IMG/VR virus record: IMGVR_UViG_3300020043_003642 | Span: 1 to 44,457 of that record | Reading direction: 5' to 3' (one strand) | Length of the DNA: 44,457 nt | Source of the DNA: a virus | Lineage: Duplodnaviria > Caudoviricetes | Shown here: positions 43,366 to 44,457 of the stretch, in pieces | Numbering within the stretch: the first letter of the stretch is position 1 | Layout of the letters: each line of letters begins with the position of its first letter | Notes under the pieces: model-generated | What the model saw: the letters and a program-made list of their open reading frames with translations, nothing else | What the model was told of the DNA's origin: nothing | The model's database searches: none | Program-made: the position numbers and the translations under genes

Positions 43366-44455
43366 TGGCCGCTACCTTACTTTCTACTTCTTTAGCGTAA
43401 CTGGTAGAGTCTACAACTTTAATCATGTTATCTACTCTAGCTTGGTATTGGTCTAATTGAGATCCAGCTTCGATAGCCTCAGCATCAGCGATAGACTTAA
43501 TAGCCCCAGCTTCAGCTTTTAGACGTTCGATACGGACCCGTTCAGCTTCTAGTTGTAATTTACGTTCTTCTATTTGCGTCTTAGCGGCCTTATCTGCTAA
43601 CTCGGACTGTACCTTAATAGCTTCAAGGTCGGGGCCTTGTTGAGGAGGTGCTAAGAATCTTTCTGGCTCAGTGAATCCTTGAGCTATCATCACTTCCTTG
43701 ATTACTTCCTGCATATTGAACAGTGGTGCTGCAGTTACTGCCATATTCATCAAACCTTGAGCTTTAAGCGCTCTTTGTAGTTCAGTTGACGAGTTTTGGT
43801 CAGCTACAGGCACTATGTCAGCTGAGTAGTAGTCAAAGTCTGCTACCTGGTCGAAACCTTGAGCAAATACTTCAGCTAGTTCAGGTTCAGACAGATCTAA
43901 CACGTTAGCGTAGTCCTGAGGGTCGATGTACTTAGCGTACAGCTTGTATATATGCCCTAATTCTTTCTTGAGCCCAGCGAATATACGTCTTTGGATAGCC
44001 AGATAGACTGTCATACCTTGTTGTATAGACTGAGCTAAGGTGTTAGGTGATGTATTTTGAGTCTCTACATTACCTGTCATGACCTCAGTAGTTGAGGTAA
44101 GTTCTCTAGTAGCGTTAATAATCATCCCTAACAGTTGAAACAGTACTGTAGACGGTTCTTTATAGTTAAGTGGGACAATTTCCTCAGAAATCTTTCTACC
44201 ACCTGAAGCTTCGGCTGTTACCCATTCACCAGGTGCCATCTTCAAGTTTTCTTTACGGATTCTTAAGCCTTTACCTATAAAGCCACATTGAGTGTTAGCT
44301 AAGGTACCAGCATCTACTAATTGGTTCAAAATCGTGTTAGCTGCATCGTTTAGAGACAGTAATAACGTACCGAAACCGTTAGAGTAGAAAGATCCGTCTG
44401 GGTTAGGTAAGAAGTGGTAATCTGTGAAGTAATGTTTCTTATTAATCCTAACTAC
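43322..44455 (-). CDS. portal protein (5'-partial, runs off the window)
   Basis: frame open to window end: YFTDYHFLPNPDGSFY..GFG.LL...NQLVDAGTLAN, PGEW, YKEPS.VLFQLLG. Confidence 0.9.
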   Translation of the reverse strand, partial: VVRINKKHYFTDYHFLPNPDGSFYSNGFGTLLLSLNDAANTILNQLVDAGTLANTQCGFIGKGLRIRKENLKMAPGEWVTAEASGGRKISEEIVPLNYKEPSTVLFQLLGMIINATRELTSTTEVMTGNVETQNTSPNTLAQSIQQGMTVYLAIQRRIFAGLKKELGHIYKLYAKYIDPQDYANVLDLSEPELAEVFAQGFDQVADFDYYSADIVPVADQNSSTELQRALKAQGLMNMAVTAAPLFNMQEVIKEVMIAQGFTEPERFLAPPQQGPDLEAIKVQSELADKAAKTQIEERKLQLEAERVRIERLKAEAGAIKSIADAEAIEAGSQLDQYQARVDNMIKVVDSTSYAKEVESKVAANAAKQQQQTSGTSE

Positions 44456-44457
44456 TT

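Overview
Most of a tailed dsDNA phage genome (podovirus-type, AT-rich), apparently transcribed from host sigma70-type promoters; no phage RNA polymerase is seen in the window. The minus strand from 44457 to ~25100 is the morphogenesis module: partial portal, GroES, scaffold, major capsid, head-tail adaptor, P22 gp10-like hub, tail fibres, three ejection proteins, a VgrG3-C-like muramidase and three paralogous spike-like proteins. A second tail cassette (8062-12638) and a 3-TM holin (998-1396) lie on the minus strand inside the early region. The plus strand carries early/accessory and replication genes: family A DNA polymerase, probable SSB, YqaJ exonuclease, T7-like endonuclease I, DEDD exonuclease, dATP/dGTP diphosphohydrolase, SpeD-like decarboxylase, L,D-transpeptidase and pentapeptide-repeat proteins. 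No terminase, primase/helicase, integrase, tRNA or CRISPR array was recognised. Main highlights: (1) a proteolysis set of three divergent ClpP-fold peptidases that all start with a signal-peptide-like segment, a ClpX/HslU-like ATPase, an HslV-like Thr protease and a SprT-like metalloprotease; (2) a ~290-nt structured ncRNA candidate with its own promoter; (3) a palindromic 26-39 bp element just downstream of three sigma70 promoters; (4) two orphan antitoxin-like toxin-binding segments. All family calls are from motif recognition by eye; no database searches were run.
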